From contig NC_042997.1 in the NCBI RefSeq assembly GCF_006345805.1, positions 212,722,001 to 212,786,000 on the forward strand: a stretch of 64,000 nt of DNA. Reading direction: 5' to 3'. The stretch's first letter is position 1, and every line of letters starts with the position of its first letter. The notes under the pieces were generated by a model that was not told the origin of the DNA, searched no databases, and saw only the letters and a program-made list of their open reading frames with translations. This DNA is from Octopus sinensis (lineage: Eukaryota). This document shows positions 13,581-25,767 of this stretch, in pieces. Made by a program: the position numbers and the translations under genes.

Positions 13581-14489
13581 TTGTTTATATATATCACCAC
13601 CAGTGCTACTGCAATCACTGCTATGACTATTTCCACCACCACCACCACCACCACCACCACCATCATCATCATTGTCATCTTCCAGTGAATTGCAGGCCAT
13701 TAAATATTTCATTGACAAACACCATTCAGTGAATTATTGATTTAAACCAAGCCTGGTGAAATGCTGTATTCATAGGAGAAGGGGAACTTGCCAAATCTGC
13801 TTTCCAACATTTTCCCAACTTTTATTAAGAGATTATGTCCAGCTAACACATCAAAATATCGTTTCATTAATTACATCACATTAATAACTTCTTGACACTA
13901 AATACTGACAAAATATACTCAGAAAGACACATTTTAGTGACTCTAACAGATGTTACAAATCTCAGCAGTTTTAATATTTTATTTATATATTTTGGACGCT
14001 TTTACGTTATTAAACTGAAACATAGGAAAACTATTCATGGCTGTGTGACCATTTGGTAAGAGAAACTGGCTCAAACATGAAACGTAATCAGAGATGCATC
14101 ACTGTTGTTTTAATATCTTTCTGTGTTATTATAAAACCAGTGAGACCTGTGAATATTTCACGGAATTAATGGTAAGCCTTTTCGGTTATTTCTGAAAACT
14201 TTATCCAAAAAAACCTGAAAGCACTTTTGACTACAATTTTAGTCCTGATTAGTATCTTGATGATGACCTACCGGAACTTGATTAGATATTCCCTGCCTCC
14301 TGTAGTGTGCGACACCTTCACTGTTAACAGTTCCAGTCTCTTTGACGCAGTTGTGGTTATTAATTAATTTTGACATCATTCATTTAGAGTTAGCGTTTGT
14401 AGGGTTGTGCAATCACCAAGTCTCCAAGAATCCACACTTGGCCTCTTTTTAGTGCCAGTCGCATTCAGTCCATTGTTTTATATTATTAC

Positions 14490-15046
14490 TGAGTGAGAGG
14501 GCAGTGCATGCCATCGAAGTGACACTGGGGTGTAAATATACAAAGCCTAATATATCCATCATAACTACCCACTTGATGAGGGTACATGTGGCACATGTAT
14601 CACAACCATGTGTGCACAACATGGTAATCTCATATCAAGATAAACAGTGCATGACCTTGCAGGCGGAGCTCAGTTAAGAATTTTCAACAGGCTAAGAAGT
14701 TCATCCTGTTCAAAAGGTCCCTGAATAGGGTTTGTTTAAGGGTGATGAGTCAAACACCCATGTTTTCAGAGGTGACTTATTCAAACCCCAAAGAATCCCT
14801 CTCTACACATGGCTATGCTGCTCCCCCACTACTTCTGCTCACGATCAGAGATGCACATATCATCAGCCACCAAGGGACATGCTCAACCAGTTAAGGTCAA
14901 GCAACTGACAAGCAAATCTGCAGTATTGAGCAGAATATTTGCTGTAGCCCATCTTTTATACCAAGACAAAACATGTTCATATTAACGCTTCCAATCAGTT
15001 AAGATCAGAAGTCATGAGAGCAACTGTCTGGTACTGCATCAGGGTA

Positions 15047-15050
<4 letters not shown>
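14490..15050 (-). repeat. Unclassified segment, possibly a LINE 3' UTR, bounded by (AAT)-type sequence
   Basis: Higher GC than its flanks; abuts (TAT)n at ~15048 and ends AGTAATAATAA on the minus strand. No second copy in the window. Confidence 0.3.
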
Positions 15051-15134
<84 letters not shown>

Positions 15135-15135
<1 letters not shown>

Positions 15136-15429
15136 GTTTGACTTTTGCTTTATATTTGTACAAGTTGGCTCCAAGTCTCACCCAGAGACCTCAAGAGACA
15201 ACAGGTTGGAAGTTCATGTTGTTGTTATGCCTAGTGTGCCATATATTTGGGGTTTTTTTTTGGGGGGGGTGTTGTACTAGTGAATGTCTAAAAGAAAAAA
15301 AAATTATGTTTGTTTTAAACCTCGAGATTACATAGAAAGTATTTTGCATAGGATATGAGCAGTTTCCATGAGCACTATCTTTTGAATTTCTGCCATTTTG
15401 GGGTTTCCTGGCATCTGAATTAGGTAGCA

Positions 15430-15430
<1 letters not shown>
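15135..15430 (-). mobile_element. Short 5'-truncated R4/Dong-like LINE embedded in (TAA)n
   Basis: YLIQMPGNPKMAEIQKIVLMETAHILCKILSM* plus a 3' UTR matching 52740-52930; (TAT)n on both sides (~15048-15133 and 15431-15483). Confidence 0.8.
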
Positions 15431-15486
<56 letters not shown>

Positions 15487-15489
15487 CTC

Positions 15490-15880
15490 TACTTGTGAAG
15501 ACCTGTTGAGGCAAGTGAAAATCAAAATCGATCAACATCAATGGAAATTGCAGCTGTGATACCAGTGCCGGTGGTACGTAAGAGAACCATCCAAATGTGG
15601 CCGTTGCCAGCGCCGCCCCGACTGGCCTCGTGCTGGTGTTATGTAAAAAGCACCATTCGATCATGGCCGTTGCCAGCCTCGACTGGCACCTGTGCCGGTG
15701 GCACGTAAAAAGCACCCACTACACTCACGGAGTGGTTGGCGTTAGGATAGGCATCCAGCCATAGAAACATTGCCAGATCAGACTGAGCCTGGTGCAGCCT
15801 TCTGGCTTCCCAGACCCCAGTTGAACTGTCCAACCCATGCTAGCATGGAAAACGGACGTTAAACGAAGATGATGATGATT
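15490..15880 (+). mobile_element. RTE 3'-end copy
   Basis: GAAGACCTGTTGAGGCAAGTG start, hairpin units, terminal CCAACCCATGCTAGCATGGAAAACGGACGTTAAAC(GAT)n. Confidence 0.8.
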
Positions 15881-15916
15881 ATTATTATTATTATTATTAT
15901 TATCATTATTATTATC

Positions 15917-15959
<43 letters not shown>

Positions 15960-15961
<2 letters not shown>

Positions 15962-16719
15962 TAGTTTTATTTTTATAGCGTGCTTTCACTTCACTACCGA
16001 GCGCAGCTCTGTGTGCCTTGGGTTGTGCTGTGATTTGTTGTGATGCTCTGATGGTTATTGTATGGAAAGTGTTCTGCGTAGGATGTGTGCAGTGCCTAGT
16101 AGTGCAATTTTCTGTATGTTATATGTGTTTGTAAGTCCTGTGTTTTTTGTTATGTATTTGTCTGAATATTTTTTTATCATGCCTAATGCACCTACTATGA
16201 TAGGAATTGTTTCTGTTTTCAGATTTCACATTCTAGTTACCTCTATTTCCAGGTCTTTGTATTTTGAGAGTTTCTCCATTTCTTTTAGAGACACGTTGTC
16301 ATCTGCTGGTATTGATACATCAATTAGAAAGCATTTTTTTCTTCATGATCTCTGACAACTACATCTGGTCTGTTGGCCTTAATTTCTCTATCTGTGTGTA
16401 TCGGCATATCCCAGAGTATGGTTGCTTTCTCGTTTTCTGTGACCTTTTCTGGTGTGTGCCTATACCATCTTTTTTCTGTTGTTATTCCATAATGTTGGCA
16501 TAGCTTCCAATGTATGTAGGTTCCAACTCTGTCATGTCTGTGAATATATTCCTTCTTAGCCAGGACTGGGCAGCTAGAGATAATATGATTTATTGTTTCT
16601 TGTCCATCTCCACATATTCTGCAGTTACTTGTAATATTTCTTTTCATTACATGTTTTTGGTAATTTCTGGTGGGGAGGCTTTGGTCTTGTGCTGCAATTA
16701 AAAATCCCTCTGTTTCTGC

Positions 16720-16720
<1 letters not shown>
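15960..16720 (-). mobile_element. 5'-truncated R4/Dong-like LINE (zinc knuckle and RLE nuclease) embedded in (TAA)n
   Basis: ETEGFLIAAQDQ, CRICGDGQETINHIISSC (CCHC), RHD, ANRPDVVV, LIDVSIP, EKLSKYKDL, QKIALLGTAHILR; one frameshift; (TAT)n at ~15879-15958 and 16721-16820. Confidence 0.93.
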
Positions 16721-16804
<84 letters not shown>

Positions 16805-17427
16805 AATATTATTATTATTAAATACAGAAATCATAATATCATCAGACATTGTTTTCCTTGTTTTCTTTCTTTTCTCCTAATTAACAGTCTCATTAAAACA
16901 TTGCTCCAGTTTGTCTTTCTTTTCTTTGTTTAACAAAACTACAACCAAGAAATTATTATGAATTTAGTTCAATTAAAGCAATCTAGTTTAATTAAAACAC
17001 CTGATATATTTAATGATATTACAATTCAGTTCCGTCTTTTATCCCGAAGGATTATCTTCAACACATTCTGATTAGAACTGAGCTTGAACAATTTTTAAAT
17101 CTTTCAAGTGAAATACTTTACAAAATAGTTTTAATTAATTTAATTATTGTTCAGTAATATAGAGTTGCAAATTTGAAACCAAATTAAAGCAGTTGATTAC
17201 TGCTGCCAAACCAAAGAGGAGGAATTTGGGGAAAGACTGACTCACAGCAACGCAGCTTTTTTTTGCAAAGGTTTTTTTCAGTAAAGAAAATAAACTGTTT
17301 TGTTTGTTACCTTGGTAACAATTTTGTGGATTCAGATATTGCTTAAAAAATCAAGGATGTTTATGGAGACAAGAGAAAGGAAATGGCAAAAACTGAGGGA
17401 AGAACTGATCGGAAAAGAGAGGAAATA

Positions 17428-18685
17428 CGAGGGACGTTCAATAAGTAATGCCTCTGACCCACTTGCAGTTGTTTGATCTAGCTGAAATTTTGCATGTGCA
17501 ATCATTTATATCTCTATAGAGTAAGTGGCAAATTACAGCTCTGAATTAATTGTGGTTTCTGATTTACAGGTGTTTGAACCGAGTCAAGTGTGAAATGGAG
17601 CCTGTTGAGTGTCGAGCAGTGATCCGGTTTTTGTATTTGAAAGGACGCACACCACGGGAAACTTTTGATGAAATGAAAGTAACTTATGGTGATGATGCCC
17701 CATCATATGACCTTGTAAAACGCTGGCATCGTGAATTCAAACATGGTCGGAACTCTGTGGAAAAGCTCCCAGATCTGGTCGCCCTTCTGCCTCAAGTTGA
17801 GGCTGCCATTTTGGAAGATCGACGCATAATTATTCGCCAAATAGCCATGAGGTCAAGATTAGTACCGGGTCTGTGGAACTATCATTCATGACCATTGCAT
17901 ATGCAAAAGGTGTCTGCCAGATGGATTCCCAGGCTGCTCACACCTTTCCAGAAGCAAGAACGCATCGAGTGCTCGAGGGTGAATTTGTGCCAAGAAGATG
18001 AGTCAAAATTTTTCAAAAGACTGATTACACAGGATGAAACCTGAGTCCATCACGATGATCCAGAGACCAAAGCCCAGTCAATGCAGTGGAAGCACCGTGA
18101 CTCACTCCCTCCAAAGAAGGCAAGGGTGCAGCCCTCCGCTGGCAAGGTCATGCTCACAGTCTTCTGGGACCAGGACGGAGTAGTGATGACAGATTTCCTG
18201 GCAAAGGGTACCACAATTGCAGGAGCCTATTATGCTTCACTTTTGAGGAAATTAAGAGAAGTTATCAAAATCAAGAGGCGGGGCAAGATCAGCAAAGGCA
18301 TCCTCCTCCTGCAGGACAACGCTCCGGTCCAAACTCGCTTGTCGCCAGATCAGAAGCACAGGCTTATGGCTATGAACTCCTCCCCATCCCCCCTACTTTC
18401 CTGACCTTGCACCCTCTGATTTTCACCTCTTCCCAATCATGAAGTTGTTTTTGAAAGGAAAGCGTTTCCCAGATGATGCAGCCTTGATTTCTGAAGTCAC
18501 GTTGAGGTTGGAGGACCAAGCTGGGTTCTTCTACAAAAACGGTCTCCAGAGCCGCATCAAACAATGGGAGAAATGCATAACTCTGGGTGGTTCCTATGTA
18601 GAAAAAGACTAATAACTGTGCCGAGTTTTGTTGCTCTACTGCTATGGGAAGTGGGTCAGGGGCATTACTTATTGAACGCCCCTCG
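17428..18685 (+). mobile_element. Near-full-length mariner transposon with a pseudogenized D,D34D-type transposase (ATG 17595 to ~18612)
   Basis: ~37-bp TIRs with 2 mismatches (CGAGGG[A/G]CGTTCAATAAGTAATGCC[T/C]CTGACCCAC) and TA TSD at 17426-27/18686-87. Motifs QDET*VH (stop 18042-44), LLQDNAP and PDLAPSDFHLFP; several frameshifts. Confidence 0.95.
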
Positions 18686-18744
18686 TATATGAAGAATTCA
18701 GAAATTTATGTCTAATCAAAAGCATTTGAGGATGAGAAGAAATC

Positions 18745-19270
18745 CTCATCATCACAGTTTTCATCGTCGTCATCATCATCATCATCATCATCACCGTCAT
18801 CGTTGTCATCATCATCATCATTGCCATTGTTATCATCATCATCATTATCATCATTTTATGTCTATTTGTTCTTGCTTTCATGGGTTGACCGGATCATCAT
18901 CTTTGACATGATTTCTTGGAACTTGTAACAACCCTGGATCATCTCCTTTATCAGTCAACTTTCACCAATTCTTCCCAAGTCTTCTTTGATCTTTCTCTTC
19001 CGTGGGTTCCTTCCAATTTGATCACTTGGCACTTCATAACAAAACTTTCATCTTCCATACTCTTCACATGTCCATCATGCAATCTCCTTTTCACTCAAAG
19101 AAAGAATTCATGTGTACATTGTGTCACTTTACTGGGGAACCAGGCTGTCACCTTGTTGATTGCTTTCATTACCTCATTCAAAGCACATTACTGCATATGT
19201 CTGACCCACCTGTCATCACCAACTTTAACACATTTTATTACTCAGAATGCAGTATCCCCACACACAAAGG
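18745..19270 (-). mobile_element. Decayed RTE 3' end with degenerate (GAT)n tail
   Basis: Minus-strand GHVKSMEDESFVMKC..GRERSKKTWEELVKVD, then CAACCCATGAAAGCA and (GAT)-like repeats. Confidence 0.65.
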
Positions 19271-19574
19271 ATGAGCATACTCATGGAAACTGAAGACAAA
19301 ACGTTTCATTTTTAAACTTGGTACCATTTCAATGATGCTTTTAAACGAACAGTTTTACTTCTACTCCTTCACTTCCTCTTAATTCAATAATCTTCTTTTT
19401 TTTAAGAAATATTAAATTTCTAAATATCTCAGAGAGATATGAGTGGTGGTGGAACGATAGAGTAGTTGTATACTATCAACATAACGTGACAGTCCTGTAA
19501 AGGTAATCACACCACCGCTATTTAGCCCTAGGAAGCATTGGCGCTTCCTGTCGGCTTTGACACATTTCCTGAGT

Positions 19575-20086
19575 CCTTATGTTCACGAAGGGGAGACAAG
19601 CACCGGATATCATTATAAAAGATCAGACAAAAAAGATGTGTTTATTAATTGACATGAGTATTCCTTGCGATCACAATATAGTGGCGAAAGAATTTGACAA
19701 GATTAGTAAATATAAAGACCTGCTAATAGAAACTGAAAAAATGTGGCATCACAAGGCGACTACAGTACCAGTGATTGTAGGATCTCTAGGAATGATAAAA
19801 AAAAGGTACTGAAACCTATTTGAAAATGATTCCAGGCTTACCATCCCTACAGGAAGTGCAAAAAATCGTATTAACTGGAACAGCTCATGTACTGAGAAGA
19901 GCACTATCACTGTGAAAATAACATCCATCCATGAATTTATTTATTTATTAATTTTTAAATACATATTTTATCTGTGAATTTGCGTGTGTAATCTGGGAAT
20001 GCATACAATGAGCTTCTCTGCCCTAGGTGTATGGAAAACACTCGACGAGAAATGGAAGAAAATTTGAAGAAAGAAGAAAAAAACAT
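19575..20086 (+). mobile_element. 5'-truncated R4/Dong-like LINE ending at (AAT)n
   Basis: PDIIIKD..CLLIDMSIPCD..KISKYKDL..VPVIVGSLG..EVQKIVLTGTAHVLRRALSL*; (AAT)n at ~20087-20112. Confidence 0.85.
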
Positions 20087-20173
20087 AATAATAATAATAA
20101 TAATATTAATAATGATAACAACAACATCGAAAAATACCTTAGGAATGAGAACCCATATTCAAAATTTCCCCAA

Positions 20174-20203
20174 GACACCTGATGAAAGCTGGAGAAATGT
20201 GTT
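20174..20203 (+). other. Degenerate type-I hammerhead-ribozyme-like relic
   Basis: GACAC-CTGATGA-aagctgga-GAAA-t-GTGTT: both core motifs in the correct order and a stem I (GACAC/GTGTT), but stems II and III are incomplete. Confidence 0.35.
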
Positions 20204-20303
20204 AACAACAAACAAGATGAGAACAAATATCTGTCAATTGAAAATAATGTAGACAATGTAAATAATATATATATATATATATACATACGTAAATATAAGA
20301 GAG

Positions 20304-20357
<54 letters not shown>

Positions 20358-20372
20358 AAGAGAGAGAGAGAA

Positions 20373-20404
<32 letters not shown>

Positions 20405-21384
20405 TTTAAAATTTATTGAATTCAGTTTCCTCAAGAATAATGTCCCATAAGCCTCCGCGGCGATTGTGATCATTGCTATGGTTTTTTTTTTTAAACTTTC
20501 TCTTTAGATTTTAACAATCTAAAGAATTGGAAGAATCTGACTTTTAATTCTTCAAAAAATTATTGCCGAAAGTGAAGATTTCATTTTATTGAATATTTAA
20601 TTTTAGTTACTTTTGATAGAATCTCAAGATATTCAACTAGAACATCATCTATTTAGTTTTTTAAATATATTTTGACACTCCTCCAAAGTTCTAAATAGAT
20701 TTAATAGAATATTGAAATAAATATTTCTGCAAACCATATCCAGAGTTAATAGTCTGGCATTCATTTCACATAATTCCAGACTGTTTCTCTCACCTTCATA
20801 TAATTTTGGGATCTGAAAACACTTGAAAACAGCTGCCAATTGTGAAAACTTACACCAGGAATAGAATCCGAAGAGTTCTGCAGTTTTTCCTGATAGAACT
20901 ACGGCCTCACCATTTATGTTTTGATAAATATTTCTTTACGAACCAACACAATAATTTATGTTCTAACTCAAACATAAACTTGGTCAGAAATCACATCTCT
21001 GTAGATTTAGGGAACAGGAAATGGCATAATGCAACATTCAAAATTGGAAGATTCCATTTTGGCTCAAGAGGAACAAAAAGTACTTCTCAGGAAATAAGGC
21101 AATAATAAAAATAAATCTAATGACTGGGGATGAATGGGAGGGAAAACAGGGTTGAAATATAAAGGAGAGAGAGAAAGTAGGAATATGGTTTGGGAGTAAA
21201 GGAAGGTGAAGAGGGATGGGCCAATAAAAAAGAAGAATGTAGCAGCAGTGATGTTGTGTGTGTGTGTGTGTGTGTGTGTATGATAGTCAATGTGTTGCTC
21301 ATAACTTGTAATGAATAACAGAACTTTGCTATAAATATAAAATGTGAATATTCAAATATTTATTCTCAATATCTATATATATAT

Positions 21385-21780
21385 ATATCTCTTTTACTCT
21401 TTTACTTGTTTCAGTCATTTGACTGCGGCCATGCTGGAGCACTGCCTTTAATCGAGCAAATCGAACCCAGGACTTATTCTTTTGTAAGCCCAGTAACTTA
21501 TTTTTATCGGCTCTTTTGCCGAACCGCTAAGTAATGGGGACATAAACACACCAGCATCGGTTGTCAAGCAATGCTAGGGGGACAAACAGACACACAACAC
21601 ATACACATACACATATATATACATATACGACAGGCTTCTTTCAGTTTCCGTCTACCAAATCCACTCACAAGGCTTTGGTCGGCCCGAGGCTATAGTAGAA
21701 GACACTTGCCCAAGGTGCCGCGCAGTGGGACTGAACCCGGAACCATGTGGTTGGTAAACAAGCTACTTACCACACAGCCT
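21385..21780 (-). mobile_element. tRNA-derived SINE, family B
   Basis: Reverse complement of the 56200 copy; (GAGTAAAA)n tail and internal TA/TG tract. Confidence 0.9.
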
Positions 21781-21959
21781 ATTATTATGTTTCTTCATGT
21801 TTTGATGATGTTGGAAAAAAAAAATGTGGGATGTTTTAAAGAAATTATTTCTGTGTCGAGTCTATTTAATATTCGATGTGATTTCTGATAAGATGGATTG
21901 TGTTCACTCATGAAACTTGAAGTCACACGAAGCTGAGTCAAACTGCTTTTGATATAAGA

Positions 21960-22148
21960 AGCCACATGAAAAGCACAAGGCCCACTCTGCTGAGTGGTCA
22001 GTGTTGGGAAGGGCACCCAGCTGTTAAAATGCTGCTAAAGCAGTCACAGAAATCCAGTGCAGACTTCGGCCTGGCTGGCTCTTGGGGTGGTACCATCCCA
22101 CGCATGTTAGCATGGAACACGGACATAAATGATGATGATGATGATGAT
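21960..22148 (+). mobile_element. RTE 3'-end copy
   Basis: GTTGGGAAGGGCACCCAGCTG...CATGTTAGCATGGAAC...(GAT)n. Confidence 0.7.
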
Positions 22149-22164
22149 ATATATATATAAATCC

Positions 22165-22243
<79 letters not shown>

Positions 22244-22659
22244 CAATCTTACTTAGAAATAGATGCGTGCGTTCTGTCATATAATAAATTAATAAATAAA
22301 TCAAACATATGCATATATACATACATATATGTACGTACCTACCTCTACATGTATATATACATGCATATTGGTACAGGACACAAAAAAAAACGTCGACACA
22401 ATGAGAAACGAAAACATAAACACAAACCAAGGAAATGGACATTTTTCTTAAGCAACAAAATAATAGAGTACAGGACATACAAAACAAGGAAAATTCCCCT
22501 TCTTCAGTCGCCTTTGTTTCATCTACTCCACGTTTTGAAGGTCAAGGCGATACATGACTTCAATGAAACATTCCTTCCGCAAAAATCAAATTAAATAAAA
22601 TTTGAGATTTTTTGCGGAGGAGTAAAAATGGTAACAAAAACAGGACAGTAACGACAGTA

Positions 22660-22755
22660 TAAAATATAAACATCTCTGATGAAAGTGTTCAAGGACCCTT
22701 ACATGACGTTTGTAAAGGGTCCATATCTCAAATGAGTAAAGAGGAGTGATGTCAG
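22660..22755 (-). mobile_element. RTE-BovB-like RT fragment
   Basis: LYSFEIWTLYKRHVRVLEHFHQRCLYFIL resembles LLYG.ETWTLY.RH...LE.FHQRCLR.IL. Confidence 0.6.
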
Positions 22756-22854
22756 TACACATACATACATACATACATACATACATACATGCATATACAT
22801 ACATACATACATGCATATACATACATACATACATATATATATATAAAACACCAT

Positions 22855-23072
22855 TAGAATGTGGCTGTTGCCAGTACCACCTGACTGGCCCTCGTGTCAG
22901 TGGTACGTAAAAGCACCCAATGCACTCTCAGAGTGATTGGTGTTAGGAAGAGCATCCAGCTGTAGAAACTCTGCCAGATCAGATTGGTGCCTGGTGCAGC
23001 CATCTGGTTCGCCAGTCCTCAGTCAAATCCTCCAACCCATGCTAGCATGGAAAGCAGATGTTAAATGATGAT
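22855..23072 (+). mobile_element. RTE 3'-end copy
   Basis: Family terminal motif; lies tail-to-tail with the minus-strand copy at 23212-23500. Confidence 0.8.
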
Positions 23073-23211
23073 ACATTTAAAAAATACAAAAGCATGCATG
23101 TAGAAGAAGAAGGAGGAAGAGGAGGAGGAGGAGGAGGAGAAGAAGAAGCATCTTTCTTTCTTTCTTTCTTCTTTCTTTTATTATTCTACTACTACTATGC
23201 GCATACACACA

Positions 23212-23500
23212 TCATCATCATCATATCATCATCATTATTTAGTGTCTGCTTTCCATGCTGGCAAGGGTTAGATGGTTGGACTGGAACCGGTAAGCTGGAG
23301 GGCTGCACCAGGTTCCAGATTTTGACTTTGTTTCTACAGCTGGATGCTCTTCCTAACGCCAACCACCCCAGGAGTGCAGAGGGTGTCTTTTACATGTCAC
23401 CATCACGGGTGCCGTTTATGTGTCACCATTACTGGTTCCATTTTTCATGTCAACAGCACTGTCCACAACTACGATTTCATTTGGCCTGGCAAGTCTTCTC
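23212..23500 (-). mobile_element. RTE 3'-end copy
   Basis: (CAT)n then TTTCCATGCTGGCA...CAGCTGGATGCTCTTCCTAAC on the + strand. Confidence 0.75.
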
Positions 23501-24054
23501 ATACTTATATAAACTTATATAAATACAGACACACACACACATGTATGTATATTTAAATGTTGAACGATGAGAACGAGTGCTCAACACCACATTGGTGGAT
23601 AAAAATTTTTTCTGTATTAAAGCTACCATTGGTTTCATGTTTAGAAAAAATTTTAATTTCTTAACAATTTTTCAAGTCACTCACATGGAGGAATGGCATT
23701 CATCTCTACATTAAATATATACATCATACAAACCCCACACATAGAAGACACAGACCCTCATGATGAACTCTCTCAACACAAATATAGGAATATTACACAT
23801 ACCCACGATATAATATAATAGAAAGAAACTTACCATTCAGCACAGTTTTCCCAAAAGTCAAACCCAAGGGAGATAATCACTCATAAAGTGTCACCCAAGA
23901 GTTACCCCCCCCACTCCCTAATTTCTTGTTTTGTTTGTGAGACTTTATCATAAATCCCTTTGATTTTTTGTGTTTAAATCCCAAATGGAGACAAACACCA
24001 GTCCTCCATGTGAACGACTTGAAAAATTGTTAAGATATTAAGATATTTTCTTTA

Positions 24055-24375
24055 CATGAAACCAATGGTAGCCTTACTACACAAATAAAGATATATGAGG
24101 CATGGGTTTGACCAGAGCTGATAAGCTGGAAGGCTGCACCAGACTCCAGTCTCATTTGGTATGGTTTTCGATGACTTAATGCCCTTCCTAATGCCAACCA
24201 CTCCAAGAGTGTAATGGCTGCTTTTACGTACCATCAGCATGGGTGCCATTTGCATGACACTGATATTTTCCACATCAGTGATTTTGCTCCACTTGATGGG
24301 TCTTCTTCTCAAGCATGACATAATACCAAAAGTCTTGGTTATTGCCTCCATGAGGCCCAACACTGGAAAGGAACT
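24055..24375 (-). mobile_element. RTE 3'-end copy
   Basis: GCCCTTCCTAATGCCAACCACTCC...GGTCTTCTTCTCAAGCA on the + strand. Confidence 0.7.
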
Positions 24376-24404
24376 CAGCCATTTTGCCAAATATATATAT
24401 ATAT

Positions 24405-24633
24405 ATACTCTTTACTCTTTTACTCTTTTACATGTTTCAGTCATTTGACTGCGGCCATGCTGGAGCACCGCCTTTAGTCGAGCAAATCGACCCCGGGACT
24501 TATTCTTTGTAAGCCCAGTACTTATTTTATTGGTCTGTTTTGCCGAACCGCTAAGTGACGGGATGTAAACACACCAGCATTGGTTGTCAAGCAATGCTAG
24601 GGGGACAAACACAGACACACGCATATATAATAT

Positions 24634-24670
<37 letters not shown>

Positions 24671-24810
24671 CCATATATATGACAGGCTTCTTTCAGTTTC
24701 CGTCTACCAAATCCACTCACAAAGCATTGGTCGGCCCGAGATTATACCAGATGCCACGCAGTGGGACTGAACCCGGAACCATGTGGTTGGTTACCACACA
24801 GCCACTCCTG

Positions 24811-24812
<2 letters not shown>
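24405..24812 (-). mobile_element. tRNA-derived SINE, family B
   Basis: Reverse complement of 25095-25510. Confidence 0.9.
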
Positions 24813-24844
<32 letters not shown>

Positions 24845-25094
24845 TGTGGCTGTGTGGTAAGAAGTTAGCTAAGGACCAGGTGTTTAACTGGATGATCACG
24901 GAGTGGCCTCCCACCAAATGTTCCCGAGGTTGTTTGGAATGGAAAGAAAGTTTTTGTTTGCAAGATGAAATATCAACATTCTAAGCAAATGTTTAATTAA
25001 AACGAAAGCCACGTGTTTTGATCCAATGCTGTTTGATGCAACAAATAAATAAATACATTCTTCTACAATTCTGAAATAGTCTTTGAATTTTTTT

Positions 25095-25510
25095 ATCGCA
25101 GGAGTGGCTGTGTGGTAGTAGCTTCTAACCAACCACATGGTCCGTTCCGTCCCACTGCGTGGCACCTTGGCAAGTGTCTTCTGCTATAGCCCCGGGTCGA
25201 CCAATGCCTTGTGAGTGGGTTTGGTAGACAGAAACTGAAAGAAGCCTGTCGTATATTGTATATATATATATGTGTGTGTGTGTATATGTTTTGTGTGTCT
25301 GTGTTGTCCCCCTAGCATTGCTTGACAAACCGATGCTGGTGTGTTTACATCCCCTCACTTAGCGGTTCGGCAAAAAGAGACCGATAGAATAAGTACTGGG
25401 CTTACAAAAAGAATAAGTTCCGGGGGTCGATTTGCTCGACTAAAGGCGGTGCTCCAGCATGGCCGCAGTCAAATGACTTAAAACAAGTAAAAGAGTAAAA
25501 GAGTAAAGAG
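25095..25510 (+). mobile_element. tRNA-derived SINE, family B
   Basis: A-box-like TGGCTGTGTGG, GCACCTTGGCAAGTG core, (GAGTAAAA)n tail. Confidence 0.9.
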
Positions 25511-25767
25511 ATAATATTTCCAGATGAGTCTATTTTAGCTTTAAATCTAAATATTTGCATGAATTCCCGCAAAAAATGAAAAAAGATAAGAATAAATAAA
25601 TAAATTTTTAAAAAATAAATAAAAGAAGTTTTTATGCAGCAGTATGGTTGGTCTTTCTGATTCTATTCATTTTATTATAAAATGCAGATTAATGCTATTT
25701 TTAGTGAGAATGTTTAGACATAAATATGTGGCTATAAATTTTCACTGACATCTCTTGCTCTCCATCC

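Noticed and set aside
20645-21105. Protein-like ORFs on both strands with a GTAAGT donor at 20853
   Set aside because: No open frame links a credible acceptor to the donor, and no motif was recognised.
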